NCBI GenBank assembly: GCA_050123235.1
Contig: JASFHL010000006.1
Coordinates: forward strand, 1,707-65,706
Length of the DNA: 64,000 nt
Direction of reading: 5' to 3'
Origin: Candidatus Woesebacteria bacterium
GTDB lineage: Bacteria; Patescibacteriota; Microgenomatia; UBA1400; PJMF01
In this document: positions 10,714-20,668 of the stretch, one piece after another
Numbering within the stretch: the stretch's first letter is position 1
Layout of the letters: each line of letters begins with the position of its first letter
Position numbers and translations under genes: made by a program
The notes under the pieces: model-generated
The model's database searches: none
What the model was told of the DNA's origin: nothing
The model's input: only the letters and a program-made list of their open reading frames with translations

Positions 10714-11267
10714 TAGATAGTAAGTAGTTCCTTTTCCTTCTTTTTAGCAATCTCTTCAAGTTGCTCCATATATTCTTTAAAAGACTTTTCCATATCTTCA
10801 AGATCCCTTTCAATATCATCCTCACTTATCCCAGTTCCTCCTTTTTGATCTTCAATTTGCTTTTTTATTTCAGTTCTAACTGATCTGAGCATTGTTTTAG
10901 CATTTTCAATCTTTTGTTGTAAAGTTTTAACCATCTCTTTACGTCTCTCTTCAGTCAATTGTGGCACAACAATTCTAATTTTATCTCCATCAACCACTGG
11001 ATTAAGATTTAAATCAGAGCTATTAATTGCTTTTTCTAAATCTGCAATAATATTTTTATCCCAAGGGGTAATTACTAAAAGATTGGCATCAGGTATGCTG
11101 ACATTAGCTAATTCAGGAATTTTCATTTTACTGCCATAAACTTCAACCACTACAGGATCTAATAACTGTACTGAAGCTTTGCCTGTTCTCAAACTGGCAA
11201 TGTCTTTCTTAACATGCGTTAAAACTTTTTCTGCTTTTTGTCCAAGAAGGGTTTGATCATATGGCAT
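10713..11267 (-). CDS. frr: ribosome recycling factor
   Basis: LRTGKASVQLLDPVVVEVYG...ITPWDKN signature. Size fits (184 aa). Confidence 0.9.
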   Translation of the reverse strand: MPYDQTLLGQKAEKVLTHVKKDIASLRTGKASVQLLDPVVVEVYGSKMKIPELANVSIPDANLLVITPWDKNIIADLEKAINSSDLNLNPVVDGDKIRIVVPQLTEERRKEMVKTLQQKIENAKTMLRSVRTEIKKQIEDQKGGTGISEDDIERDLEDMEKSFKEYMEQLEEIAKKKEKELLTI

Positions 11268-12187
11268 ATATCAGTAATTCTACCAAAATAAAACAAAATC
11301 TACTATACTCTCCACAAATGCAAATAAAAACATTTCTCAGAACTTTAATCAAAACTTTCACTACTCCTGAATACTATTTAGAAATTATTAAAAAACCAAT
11401 TAGTTTTTCATTCATATTTTTTTTACTTAGCTTTTTTATTTTTGGAATTATTTCAGCTATCAAATTTAATTATTTTATTTTGCCAAAATTGGAAAATCAT
11501 TTAATCACTACTCAAGAAGAAATCATTCAACATTACCCCAGCGAACTTATTATCAATTGGGATGGAGACAAATTATCAATCAACCAAGATGAGGATCTAG
11601 ATATAGATTATCCTAGTTTTGTAAATAAAGAAATTCTGACTTTAGCACCCCAGTTGGCAAGTATTAGTAAAAAAGAATTAGCAGAAACCGATATAGAAAA
11701 CTTAGATCAAAATTTTTTACTGATCTTCAGTTCTGATTATCTTTTTCTTAATCAAGATAATAAATGGCAAAGCATCGAATTAAAGACACTACCTTTATTC
11801 CAAGAAAAATTTCAAATTAGACAAGATAATTTGCCAGAGATATTGAGTCAAATCCAATCAAGCTTAGAAAAGATATTTTCTATGTTAAAAAAGTTTTCTT
11901 ATCTGCTTATTCCTAGCATTCTCATTATTTCCAGAATTTGGATTATAGTTTTGGATTGCTTTTTTATCTTTATATTTGGCAAAATCGTTGGCTTAAAACT
12001 AGCTTATAAAAAAATCTTTCAATGGGGCCTGCATATTGTAGTCATTGCTGAATTTATCAATCAAGTTAGCAAAGTTATTTATAAAAATCTAACTTTACCA
12101 ATGTTTTCACTGGCTTTTTGGGGAATTTTTCTTTACCTATTTTTTAATTTAAGAAAAAAACTCAGCTCTAAGCTTACAGTAGAATAA
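11261..12187 (+). CDS. hypothetical polytopic membrane protein
   Basis: Several predicted TM helices; no motif recognised. Confidence 0.45.
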   Translation: MAYISNSTKIKQNLLYSPQMQIKTFLRTLIKTFTTPEYYLEIIKKPISFSFIFFLLSFFIFGIISAIKFNYFILPKLENHLITTQEEIIQHYPSELIINWDGDKLSINQDEDLDIDYPSFVNKEILTLAPQLASISKKELAETDIENLDQNFLLIFSSDYLFLNQDNKWQSIELKTLPLFQEKFQIRQDNLPEILSQIQSSLEKIFSMLKKFSYLLIPSILIISRIWIIVLDCFFIFIFGKIVGLKLAYKKIFQWGLHIVVIAEFINQVSKVIYKNLTLPMFSLAFWGIFLYLFFNLRKKLSSKLTVE

Positions 12188-12194
12188 AAACTAT

Positions 12195-12779
12195 TCAGTT
12201 GGCAGCCAAATAATCTTTTAATTTTCTTAAAGCCTTAGCCCGATGACTAAGTTTATTTTTAATTTTTAATCCCATCTGAGCTAAAGTTTTTTGATAACCC
12301 TCAGGAATAAAAATTGCATCATAGCCAAAACCCTCGCTTCCTAATTCTTGCTTACTAATTTTTCCTGACATCTCTCCTTGGAAATATTTGGCTTCTGCTT
12401 TTTTAGGATCATATAGACAAATTACAGTCACAAAACTAGCTTGACGCTTTTTAAGATCCTTTGTTTTTCTCAACAATGCTTGATTGCGTTCACTATCATT
12501 ACCTTCAAACCAACGATGAGAATTCACCCCTGGAAAGCCATGCAAAGCCTTTATTTTCAAACCCGTATCATCAGCTATTGTCACTAGGCCTGTCAATTCA
12601 GCAAAAGTTTTGGCTTTAAGTAAAGCATTACCATTAAGAGTTTTAGCAGTCTCTGCTACTTCCAAGGAATCAGATTGAGGAAATTCAGTTGGAGAACGTA
12701 AAGTAATAGGTAAATCCGCTAAAATTGATTTTACCTCTGTTAACTTGCCTTGATTATTGCTGGCAAAAAGAATATCCAC
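12195..12779 (-). CDS. rdgB: non-canonical purine NTP pyrophosphatase (RdgB/HAM1)
   Basis: ASNNQGKLTEVKSIL, DDTGLKIKALHGFPGVNSHRW and GFGYDAIFIP motifs. Confidence 0.85.
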   Translation of the reverse strand: MDILFASNNQGKLTEVKSILADLPITLRSPTEFPQSDSLEVAETAKTLNGNALLKAKTFAELTGLVTIADDTGLKIKALHGFPGVNSHRWFEGNDSERNQALLRKTKDLKKRQASFVTVICLYDPKKAEAKYFQGEMSGKISKQELGSEGFGYDAIFIPEGYQKTLAQMGLKIKNKLSHRAKALRKLKDYLAAN

Positions 12780-12781
12780 AA

Positions 12782-13078
12782 TTAAGACTTAGCTTCCCCC
12801 ATACCTTTCATCAGACCTCCCAAACCACCAGTCATAGATTGCAATTTTTTAGCTGCTAATTCTTGAGATTGTTTGATCGCTTTATTAAGCACTTTAACTG
12901 CATCTTGGCTAGTTACTCCTTGAACTGAAAATTGTTTTATTTCTTGTGCTCCAGAAATTTCAACTACAATATCACCTTCTTCAATTCTAATTATTTCAGC
13001 AGCTAAATCTTGTTGCATTTTTTTAGCTTGTTTTCTCAAATTATTTAGATCGCCAAGTGCTTTAAATGGGTTTGCCAT
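12782..13078 (-). CDS. ybaB: nucleoid-associated protein YbaB/EbfC
   Basis: 98-aa protein directly downstream of dnaX (conserved dnaX-ybaB synteny). LRKQAKKMQQDL...VEISG pattern. Confidence 0.85.
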   Translation of the reverse strand: MANPFKALGDLNNLRKQAKKMQQDLAAEIIRIEEGDIVVEISGAQEIKQFSVQGVTSQDAVKVLNKAIKQSQELAAKKLQSMTGGLGGLMKGMGEAKS

Positions 13079-13115
13079 ATTAACTCCTTCTATATTAGAT
13101 AATAATTAAATTTTA

Positions 13116-14672
13116 CTACATCAATACTTCTTCGGCTAGCTCAGCTAAATCATTTTTTTCAAAATCCGCAATTTTAGTCTCTGAAGCAGTTTTTATTAAA
13201 TTAAATTCAAACTGAACTCTTTCTCCAAATAACTTTTCGCTACAAGCCTCAATTACTGATAAAAATCTTGGTTCCTGTAGCTGTTCCTGATGAAATTTAT
13301 AATAAACATTGATCAAAGCTTTGCCATTGGAATTAGCATCAGGTTTGCCAGAACGTAGTAAAGCTGCTAAAGCTGAATTTTCATTAGCAACCATTTCCAG
13401 AAATTCTTCCCAACGATCAAAAAGTAAGTGGCTAATTTGAGAAACAGAGGAAGATACGACTTTTTCAGTTTTATTATCTTTTTTTGAAAATGATTCTTTT
13501 TTTAATGTTGTATTTTGGGCTCTGAGCTGCTTTTTGCTTTTCACTTCAGGAGAACTTTTAGACTTCTTCTTACCTTCATCTCCTGCTTGTTTTTTTGATT
13601 TAAAAATCAATTCCAAAAGAGCTATTTCCAAACTTAAAAAAGGAATAGGCGAGCTTGTCTGTAAATCAATTTTTAACAAATAATTAAGTAAAAATAGTGC
13701 CACTTCTTGTTTAAGAAAAGCTTGACCTTTTTTAACTCCTAAGCTCTGCATTAAACTTGAGTGTAAAAAATCAAAAAGAGTTCTATAAAAAAACTTCTGA
13801 TCAGTGTTAGCTAACCTTAATTCTTCAATCAAGCTTGCTAGTTTTGATTCATCTTTAGCTAAAACAGCTTCAATCAAATTAATTACTTTGAGTTCATAGG
13901 AAATACCAAAAACTTTTTCCACATTTTTTTTGCTAAGTTGATTGTTGATAGTAGCTAATTCCAAAAGCTTAACAGCATCTCTAAAACTACCGTCAGCTCT
14001 TTTTGCTAATAAATCTACGGCTTCTTGTTCAAAACTCACATTTTCGGATTTTAAGACTCTAATTAAACAGTGTTCAATTTCTTGAAGAGTAGCTTTTCTA
14101 AAATTCAAAAGCGTGCAGCGAGAAACAACGGTTGACGGAATTTTATGTAGCTCTGTAGTAGCCAAAATAAAAATACTATGCTGTGGTGGTTCTTCAAGCA
14201 GCTTGAGTAGAGCATTAAAAGCTTCATTAGTCAACATATGAGCTTCATCCAGAATATAAACTGACATTTTAGCTCCTTGAGGTGGCAAGCTAACTCTTTC
14301 TTTTAAAGCTCGAATATCATCAATTCCTCGATTGCTAGCGGCATCCATTTCTTGAACTACATACGAGCTACCCTCAAAAATTTTTTGAGCTAAATCAGTT
14401 TTATTACTGGCTTCACTCAAGGCTATGGTTTTTACTTTTTTACCTTTAAAAAACAAATAATCAACTTGAGCTTCATTTTTCTTTTCGTTGAGAATAGCAG
14501 CAATAATCCTGGCAGTAGAAGTTTTACCCGTTCCCTTAGGACCAGCAAATAACATCACCTGTGGCAACTTGCCACTTTGCAACATCTTCAAAAGACTTTC
14601 TCTAATATTAGTCAGATCAAGATCTTTGATTTTTTTTGGTCGGTGTTTACGATACCAAGACATATAAATCAA
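13116..14672 (-). CDS. dnaX: DNA polymerase III subunit gamma/tau
   Basis: YRKHRP N-terminus, Walker A GPKGTGKTS, SRC motif. Confidence 0.9.
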   Translation of the reverse strand: MIYMSWYRKHRPKKIKDLDLTNIRESLLKMLQSGKLPQVMLFAGPKGTGKTSTARIIAAILNEKKNEAQVDYLFFKGKKVKTIALSEASNKTDLAQKIFEGSSYVVQEMDAASNRGIDDIRALKERVSLPPQGAKMSVYILDEAHMLTNEAFNALLKLLEEPPQHSIFILATTELHKIPSTVVSRCTLLNFRKATLQEIEHCLIRVLKSENVSFEQEAVDLLAKRADGSFRDAVKLLELATINNQLSKKNVEKVFGISYELKVINLIEAVLAKDESKLASLIEELRLANTDQKFFYRTLFDFLHSSLMQSLGVKKGQAFLKQEVALFLLNYLLKIDLQTSSPIPFLSLEIALLELIFKSKKQAGDEGKKKSKSSPEVKSKKQLRAQNTTLKKESFSKKDNKTEKVVSSSVSQISHLLFDRWEEFLEMVANENSALAALLRSGKPDANSNGKALINVYYKFHQEQLQEPRFLSVIEACSEKLFGERVQFEFNLIKTASETKIADFEKNDLAELAEEVLM

Positions 14673-15058
14673 TCATGATGATAACCCATCAAATGCATTA
14701 AGCCGTGTTTCAAATAAAAGCATATCTGATCATCAACCATTTTGCCATAGCGTTTTGCTGTTTTCACAGCTTCAGGGAAACTAATAAAAATATCACCTAG
14801 ATGAATCAATTGATCTTTTGGCTGAGGAAAATTGTCTAATTTTTTATTTTTGAACATAGGAAAAGACAATACGTCAGTTGCTCCTTTACGTTTGAGTTTA
14901 CTTTCATTAAGCAGTTTCATTTTTCTCTGTCCAACTACTGCCACATCGATCTCTACATTGTCGAGCTTGTTTTCCTTGAGCAAATCTTGTGCAGCCATCT
15001 TAATTTTTTTTCTATCAACTAAGTATCTAGAACCTACTAGTAAATTTATTTTAATCAT
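14669..15058 (-). CDS. ybeY: rRNA maturation endoribonuclease YbeY
   Basis: C-terminal H-x3-H-x5-H zinc motif (KHGLMHLMGYHHD). Confidence 0.8.
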   Translation of the reverse strand: MIKINLLVGSRYLVDRKKIKMAAQDLLKENKLDNVEIDVAVVGQRKMKLLNESKLKRKGATDVLSFPMFKNKKLDNFPQPKDQLIHLGDIFISFPEAVKTAKRYGKMVDDQICFYLKHGLMHLMGYHHD

Positions 15059-15093
15059 AGTAATGATTTTATTAAACTAATTTGAAGAGTTAA

Positions 15094-16608
15094 TTAATTA
15101 GAGTTATTGAGCTGTTTAACTGCACCTATAAATAAAATGTCATTATTATCTTTATTTAAAATTAAGAAAACAAAAGCTTTATTTACCTCCAACTCAAAAG
15201 CTTGATCAGTTTTAAATTCTTTGGTCGATGCTCCTAAAACCTGTTCCATTTCGGCATCAGTGACAGCAGTATTATCTGCTCCAGCTTCATCTATCTCTAT
15301 CAAGCTTTGGTGCATGACATTAGTCAAGGCTAGCTTTTTATCAGTCAGTTTTTTAAAATCCGCTTTTGAAGAAAAAGCTAGCTTAAGTCCAAGGGTTTCC
15401 AGAGCTTCTTTTAATTCTGTTTGATAACTGATATTAAATTTTGGTAAAGAAAAACTACCTTCTGTCTTAGCAAAATTTTCTAGCCAAGTATCTAAATTAC
15501 TTTGATTCAATTCAGAAAGAAAATCTTCTAGAGTATTTTTAGGTAAAAAGATATAAAGATTGAGATTTTTGTTTTTACCTAAAGGCAAAGCAACTGCCTG
15601 AAAAGCAGAGCTATCCAAATACATAAAGTCTTCTCTATACTGATTCATAAATGGAATCTTCTGACTTGAACCATCAACAGCAGTAAAATCTTTCTCTTGA
15701 TTAAGCTTTTTATCAAAACCATAAGTCCACAAGCCCTTAAAGGCAACAAGATTAGCCACATAAACTTGAGTGTCAGTTGCAGCTTGCACCTCTAGCTGAC
15801 TAGCATTTTCAGCTCCTAAACTTTCTTTTCTCCAGGCATCAATAGTTTTAACAGCATTTGGTCCAGCAAAATCAAGATTTTCAGCTTTAGCACCATAATA
15901 TTGTCTATTTGCTTCCAAAAACTCAGCCTTGAAATCAGCACCTTGCTGTGCCCAAACCGCATTAGCCAAATTTATTTTTATCTCTGGATCAGCGTTTTGA
16001 ATAAAGGCGATCAACTTAGCACTACCTTGATTAAGCTGAGTTAAGTCCATGCCTTTGATATTCAATCCTTCAGCAATTTCATCTTGAGTTTGATTGTTAG
16101 CACCGTTATTGAGCATTGAGAGAACCAGTGCGATGCTAGAAGGAGAAATAAAAACATTTTGATCTTGTTTTAAGGTAAGAACTTTAAAAAGATTAAGACC
16201 AAAAGAATTAAAAGCCAAGGGGAGATCACGAGTCTCTTGGTATTGTTTTTTATCATAAGTCACTTCTTTGGGTGTCGGCAAAACCGGAGGAATAGCTACA
16301 CTTTTATCAACTTGCTTACTTTTCCAGTCTTGATAGACATTCCAAGCTGCGAAGCAAAGAATAGCTAGTACAGCTAATAAAGCTACTATAGATATTAACT
16401 TGAAGACTGTTGGCTGTTGATCATTCTGTTGATTTATTTTTGCTTTCAAATCTGAGGCTTGAGGAGGTGGTTGAGTAGGGGGGCTAGGATCAGCTACAGG
16501 AAAAGTTTGATCTACATTATCATTGACAGCACTCATAGTTGGTGGAAGCTGACTTTGCTTAGCTACAGGCTGTTGTTTGGCATTAAAAACTGTATTTTCT
16601 TCTGACAT
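15094..16608 (-). CDS. membrane-anchored serpin-domain protein
   Basis: Pro/Gln-rich N-terminus plus one TM helix, then a serpin core (NLVAFKGLW; hinge EAGADNTAVTDA; C-terminal FVFLILNKDNNDILFIGAV). Confidence 0.7.
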   Translation of the reverse strand: MSEENTVFNAKQQPVAKQSQLPPTMSAVNDNVDQTFPVADPSPPTQPPPQASDLKAKINQQNDQQPTVFKLISIVALLAVLAILCFAAWNVYQDWKSKQVDKSVAIPPVLPTPKEVTYDKKQYQETRDLPLAFNSFGLNLFKVLTLKQDQNVFISPSSIALVLSMLNNGANNQTQDEIAEGLNIKGMDLTQLNQGSAKLIAFIQNADPEIKINLANAVWAQQGADFKAEFLEANRQYYGAKAENLDFAGPNAVKTIDAWRKESLGAENASQLEVQAATDTQVYVANLVAFKGLWTYGFDKKLNQEKDFTAVDGSSQKIPFMNQYREDFMYLDSSAFQAVALPLGKNKNLNLYIFLPKNTLEDFLSELNQSNLDTWLENFAKTEGSFSLPKFNISYQTELKEALETLGLKLAFSSKADFKKLTDKKLALTNVMHQSLIEIDEAGADNTAVTDAEMEQVLGASTKEFKTDQAFELEVNKAFVFLILNKDNNDILFIGAVKQLNNSN

Positions 16609-16668
16609 AAATCTATCCTAGCAGATTTTAACTCGAAGGTGAAAGCGGAAAAAATTGTCAAAGCTTTC

Positions 16669-16956
16669 TTAGACCACTGTCTGAACTTCTTTGGCTTTAA
16701 CTAGTTTTAAAAATTCCTCAAAATCAATCTCGAATCTCTCCAGAACTACCTTTAATCTTTTAGTAGTTTTTGCTGAATCAGCTTGTCCTTCTTTAGATAG
16801 CTCATGAAGCGAACTTAAAAGCTCAGTTAGTTTTACTTTAGCTTTCGCAGCCAACTCCATCAGAGCAGCTAAAACTGCAAAATCTTGCTCTGTCAATTGA
16901 TCTGCTACTGGTTCTACTTCAGCTGGATTGATATTTTTTAAAGTTTCATCTGTCAT
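16669..16956 (-). CDS. hypothetical small acidic protein
   Basis: ORF only. Confidence 0.3.
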   Translation of the reverse strand: MTDETLKNINPAEVEPVADQLTEQDFAVLAALMELAAKAKVKLTELLSSLHELSKEGQADSAKTTKRLKVVLERFEIDFEEFLKLVKAKEVQTVV

Positions 16957-16989
16957 GTTTTAATTCTTAATTAATAATTGAATAAAATT

Positions 16990-17925
16990 TTAAGCTTTAG
17001 CCAAAGCGCTTGTTTCAGATTTTCTCTTCCAATTTAAATCTATCACCCCTAGCGGCACTTCATCATTTGGATCATCTACAAAAAACAAAATAACTTTACC
17101 ACGGCTTTTTGGACTCCAAATTTTTCCCTCTCTAATCACTTCAGGAGAGCCACCAAACTGTTTTTTCACCCACTGGGCTGGACCAGCATCAGCAACCACT
17201 CCCACAACTGCTAATTCTTCATTAGGGTTAATTACTATCATTTTGCGAAATTTATACCAAGGTTTTAACTCTTTATAATTAGTATTCCAATCTGGTAAAT
17301 ACAAAGTCTGTACAGCAAAATAATATTTTTCTCTTTGAATATCTTGCTCAGTTAATTCCATATTTTGACTAAACCAACCAAAAGCTCCTCTATTTTCAGC
17401 TAAGCCTGCTTCCAAATAAGCATCATGCTGAGCCAAAGTATCTGTGGGAAATCTTTTTAAATGTTGCTCTCCTCCCATAATCCCAATGCTATGATTAAGC
17501 CTATGACTGTCAAGCTCAGCAGTGACCTCAAACCCCAAAATATCATTTAATTGTTGTTCCAAATAAAGTTCATCTTCTTTTGCTAAGTGTCCAGCCTCTA
17601 TATTAACAAAGCTAATCATTTTATTAATCACCTCTTGATGTTCTTCTTCATTCAATTGAGCAAGACTTTTATCTCCTGTTTCCTCCTCTACTAGCTGAAT
17701 TTGTTCTTCTATCTGAGCTTCAACTGGTTGGCTAACAATCACCTGCCCAGCAAGAGAAACTGCAGCCATCAATTGTTGAGTCAAATCTTTGAGATCTTCC
17801 AATTCCAAGGAGTTTTTTTTCAACCAAACTGATAATTCTTGATGTTTATCCAAAAAATTTTGTTTAATTTTTTGATAAGAAGATTGAACTTTATTTGACT
17901 GGGCAGTTTTTTTGACAGTAGTCAT
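16990..17925 (-). CDS. hypothetical protein (C-terminus weakly RlpA/DPBB-like)
   Basis: Start/stop coupled to gltX. C-terminal MIVINPNEELAVVGVVADAGP is vaguely like the RlpA VtNl.NGrsvvVrInDRGP segment. Confidence 0.4.
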   Translation of the reverse strand: MTTVKKTAQSNKVQSSYQKIKQNFLDKHQELSVWLKKNSLELEDLKDLTQQLMAAVSLAGQVIVSQPVEAQIEEQIQLVEEETGDKSLAQLNEEEHQEVINKMISFVNIEAGHLAKEDELYLEQQLNDILGFEVTAELDSHRLNHSIGIMGGEQHLKRFPTDTLAQHDAYLEAGLAENRGAFGWFSQNMELTEQDIQREKYYFAVQTLYLPDWNTNYKELKPWYKFRKMIVINPNEELAVVGVVADAGPAQWVKKQFGGSPEVIREGKIWSPKSRGKVILFFVDDPNDEVPLGVIDLNWKRKSETSALAKA

Positions 17926-19454
17926 TATTGTGTTTTTAAAAATCTAATTGCAGTCTCAATTCTACTAAAACTTTTGTCTTTTCCCAGAACCTCCATCAAC
18001 TCATACAAAGGTGGCGTAAATTTTCTAGCAGTAATAGCAGAACGCAAAGACATAAACAGGTCTTTATGTTTAAAATCAAAATCATCGGCACATTTTCTAA
18101 TTGTCGCCTCCCAAGTTTCTGGATTATAGTCGGTTAAATTCTCTAGTCTTTCTTTTACAGCTATTAAAATTTCAATTATTGTTTGTTTATCATGACCTTG
18201 TAATAAGTCTTCTAAATCATAAACTAATTTATTTAAATAATAAAAATCTAGTAGATCATGAAGTTCTGAAAAAACTTTCAGTCTTTCTTGAGCTAAAGCT
18301 AAAGCATTTTTAAAAAAATCTGCATCTTTTGCTATCCATTCTAAAATTCTTTTAGCCCCATCAATAATTTTCTCATCTGAGCCTTTTCCAGCTACCCATT
18401 CAGCCCAAGATTGAATTTCTTTGAACAAAAGATCTAACTCCTTTTTCCTAATATAAATTCCATTTAACCAATTCAATTTTTTAGTATCAAAGATAGGGCC
18501 AGTAATATTAAGCTGCTCCCACTCAAAGATCTCCATCATTTCTTCCTTAGTGAAAATTTCTCTTTGATCAGCAGGCTTCCATAATAAAAGAGCTAAAAAA
18601 TTTAACAAAGCATCTGCTAAGTAACCCTGCTCACGATACCACCATAATGAAGTATTCCCCTTTCTTTTTGATAATTTAGATCTATCTGGATTTCTCAAAA
18701 CAGGGGTATGAAGCATTACTGGTGGCTGCCAGCCAAAGTATTCATAAAGTAAAATATGTTTGGGAGCACTAGGTAACCACTCTTCACCACGTTTCATATG
18801 AGTAATTTCCATCAAGTGATCATCAACTACCACTGCTAGATGATAAGTTGGAAAAGCGTCAGATTTTAGTAAAACTTGATCATCCACAATATTACTATCA
18901 AATTCTACTTCACCTCGCAAAACATCATGAACAATAATTTTCTGATCATCTGGAACTTTAAGTCTAATCACAGCTTTTTCCCCTTTGCTCAAATGTTCTT
19001 CAACTTCCTTCTTAGTTAAAGATCGACATTTTCTATCATACTTTGGTGGAATACCCTCTTTTTGTTGTTGCTTTCTCATCTTAGCCAAACGCTCTGCTGA
19101 ACAAAAACAATAATAAGCTTTATCTTTATCAATTAATTCTTGAGCGTATTTTTGATAAATAGCCAATCTTTCTGATTGACGATAAGGAGCATATGGACCA
19201 CCTACTTTAGGACTCTCATCAGGATTTAATGCTAACCAATCTAAGGCTTCATGAATTGTCTCTTCACTGCCTTCAACATAGCGTTTTCTATCTGTATCTT
19301 CTATTCTAAGAATAAATTTCCCTTGATAACGACGGGCAAAAACCCAATTAAATAAAACTTGAAAAGCAGTTCCCACATGAGGATAACCCGTTGGGGAAGG
19401 AGCTTCCCGAGTTCTAACTTTGCCAATTAATTTTTTATTTCTTGTATCTAGCAT
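17925..19454 (-). CDS. gltX: glutamate--tRNA ligase
   Basis: PSPTGYPHVGTA (HIGH-class) and KLSKRKG (KMSKS) motifs. Confidence 0.9.
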   Translation of the reverse strand: MLDTRNKKLIGKVRTREAPSPTGYPHVGTAFQVLFNWVFARRYQGKFILRIEDTDRKRYVEGSEETIHEALDWLALNPDESPKVGGPYAPYRQSERLAIYQKYAQELIDKDKAYYCFCSAERLAKMRKQQQKEGIPPKYDRKCRSLTKKEVEEHLSKGEKAVIRLKVPDDQKIIVHDVLRGEVEFDSNIVDDQVLLKSDAFPTYHLAVVVDDHLMEITHMKRGEEWLPSAPKHILLYEYFGWQPPVMLHTPVLRNPDRSKLSKRKGNTSLWWYREQGYLADALLNFLALLLWKPADQREIFTKEEMMEIFEWEQLNITGPIFDTKKLNWLNGIYIRKKELDLLFKEIQSWAEWVAGKGSDEKIIDGAKRILEWIAKDADFFKNALALAQERLKVFSELHDLLDFYYLNKLVYDLEDLLQGHDKQTIIEILIAVKERLENLTDYNPETWEATIRKCADDFDFKHKDLFMSLRSAITARKFTPPLYELMEVLGKDKSFSRIETAIRFLKTQ

Positions 19455-19460
19455 ATTAAT

Positions 19461-20537
19461 TTAATCAGCCACAACTCTTGGATCTAGAGCAGGCACATAG
19501 CCTAAGAAAGCATCATCGCCTTCAAAAACAAAAATGGGTTGTAAGTATTCTTGCTCTACAAAAGAATCAAAATAAGCTAAGTAAACATTTCTAATCACAG
19601 CTTCTTCCAATTTTTGATCACTTAAAGTAAAACCCTCCCCAGCTTGTAATAATTTCCAGGCCTCCTGAGGACTTCTTAAAGGATAAGTTTCAACTGTCAA
19701 GTAATCAATTGCCTGGTAATTATACTCCATCTGTAAAATAGCATCGTTTCCTCTTAAAACACCGGTAATGATAGCCGTAATTGTTCCTTTATACCCCCCA
19801 GGGGTATACATTCTAAATTCACCATCAATAGGATAGCGGTTAAGATCAACTTTCACAAAATCTGCATCCGACAAAGACACAGCTTCTTCCAATTCTGAGC
19901 CTAATGATTTCAAATAACTAATATCACCTGAACTAGTAGCCACATCTTCTGGTAACAAATTAGCTGATCTTAAAAAAGTTTTTAGCAAATTAACTGATTC
20001 AAAGTCATCTGGCAAATTTTTATTCAAAATTAAATCTGGTCTAGACAAATAATCAGTTTTAAAAACAAAATGCATATTTTGAATATCCAAATCAAAAGTA
20101 GATTCCAAAGGTTCTGATCTAGTCCAACGATAAGTTCTTTCATCTAAAACTTGAGGTTCAAAAACAAAATTGTATATCTGAGCCACTCTTCTTGCTTCTT
20201 GATCTGCTAACAAGCTAGGAGCGGACTTTAGAGCTAAAAATACCTTGGCTCTATCACCAAATGAAGGAAAACTAGCTGTTGCTAATTCTAAACGATATGA
20301 TTTTGGCACTTGATCTGGATCCTGTTCGGGAAAGACAATGGCTGGTAGTTTCCCAAAACCCATAGTCGGAGGGGGGGGTGGTTCTGGATGTATAGCTTTC
20401 CAAAAAGAAATAAAAGCAGATAAAAACATTCTGCCCACAATTAAAACAACTAAAGTGATAATGCTAAATTTGATAGTTTGTCTACCAATTCTAGCTACAT
20501 TGGTTAAAGTTGGGGCAGAAGAATCAGTAGCTGGCAT
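19461..20537 (-). CDS. hypothetical N-terminally anchored extracytoplasmic protein
   Basis: One N-terminal TM followed by a PPPPP linker. Contains a G8/C8 homopolymer in the coding sequence. Confidence 0.4.
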   Translation of the reverse strand: MPATDSSAPTLTNVARIGRQTIKFSIITLVVLIVGRMFLSAFISFWKAIHPEPPPPPTMGFGKLPAIVFPEQDPDQVPKSYRLELATASFPSFGDRAKVFLALKSAPSLLADQEARRVAQIYNFVFEPQVLDERTYRWTRSEPLESTFDLDIQNMHFVFKTDYLSRPDLILNKNLPDDFESVNLLKTFLRSANLLPEDVATSSGDISYLKSLGSELEEAVSLSDADFVKVDLNRYPIDGEFRMYTPGGYKGTITAIITGVLRGNDAILQMEYNYQAIDYLTVETYPLRSPQEAWKLLQAGEGFTLSDQKLEEAVIRNVYLAYFDSFVEQEYLQPIFVFEGDDAFLGYVPALDPRVVAD

Positions 20538-20668
20538 AGGATATGGAATTTATTATTTCAAGAATTATCATAGCTTATTTTTGCCTCAACAGTAAAGTTT
20601 TGTCTGTACTAATCTTATTTTATAATGCTTTATTAAAAAGATTGTTCAAAAAACTAAAAATTAAAGAA

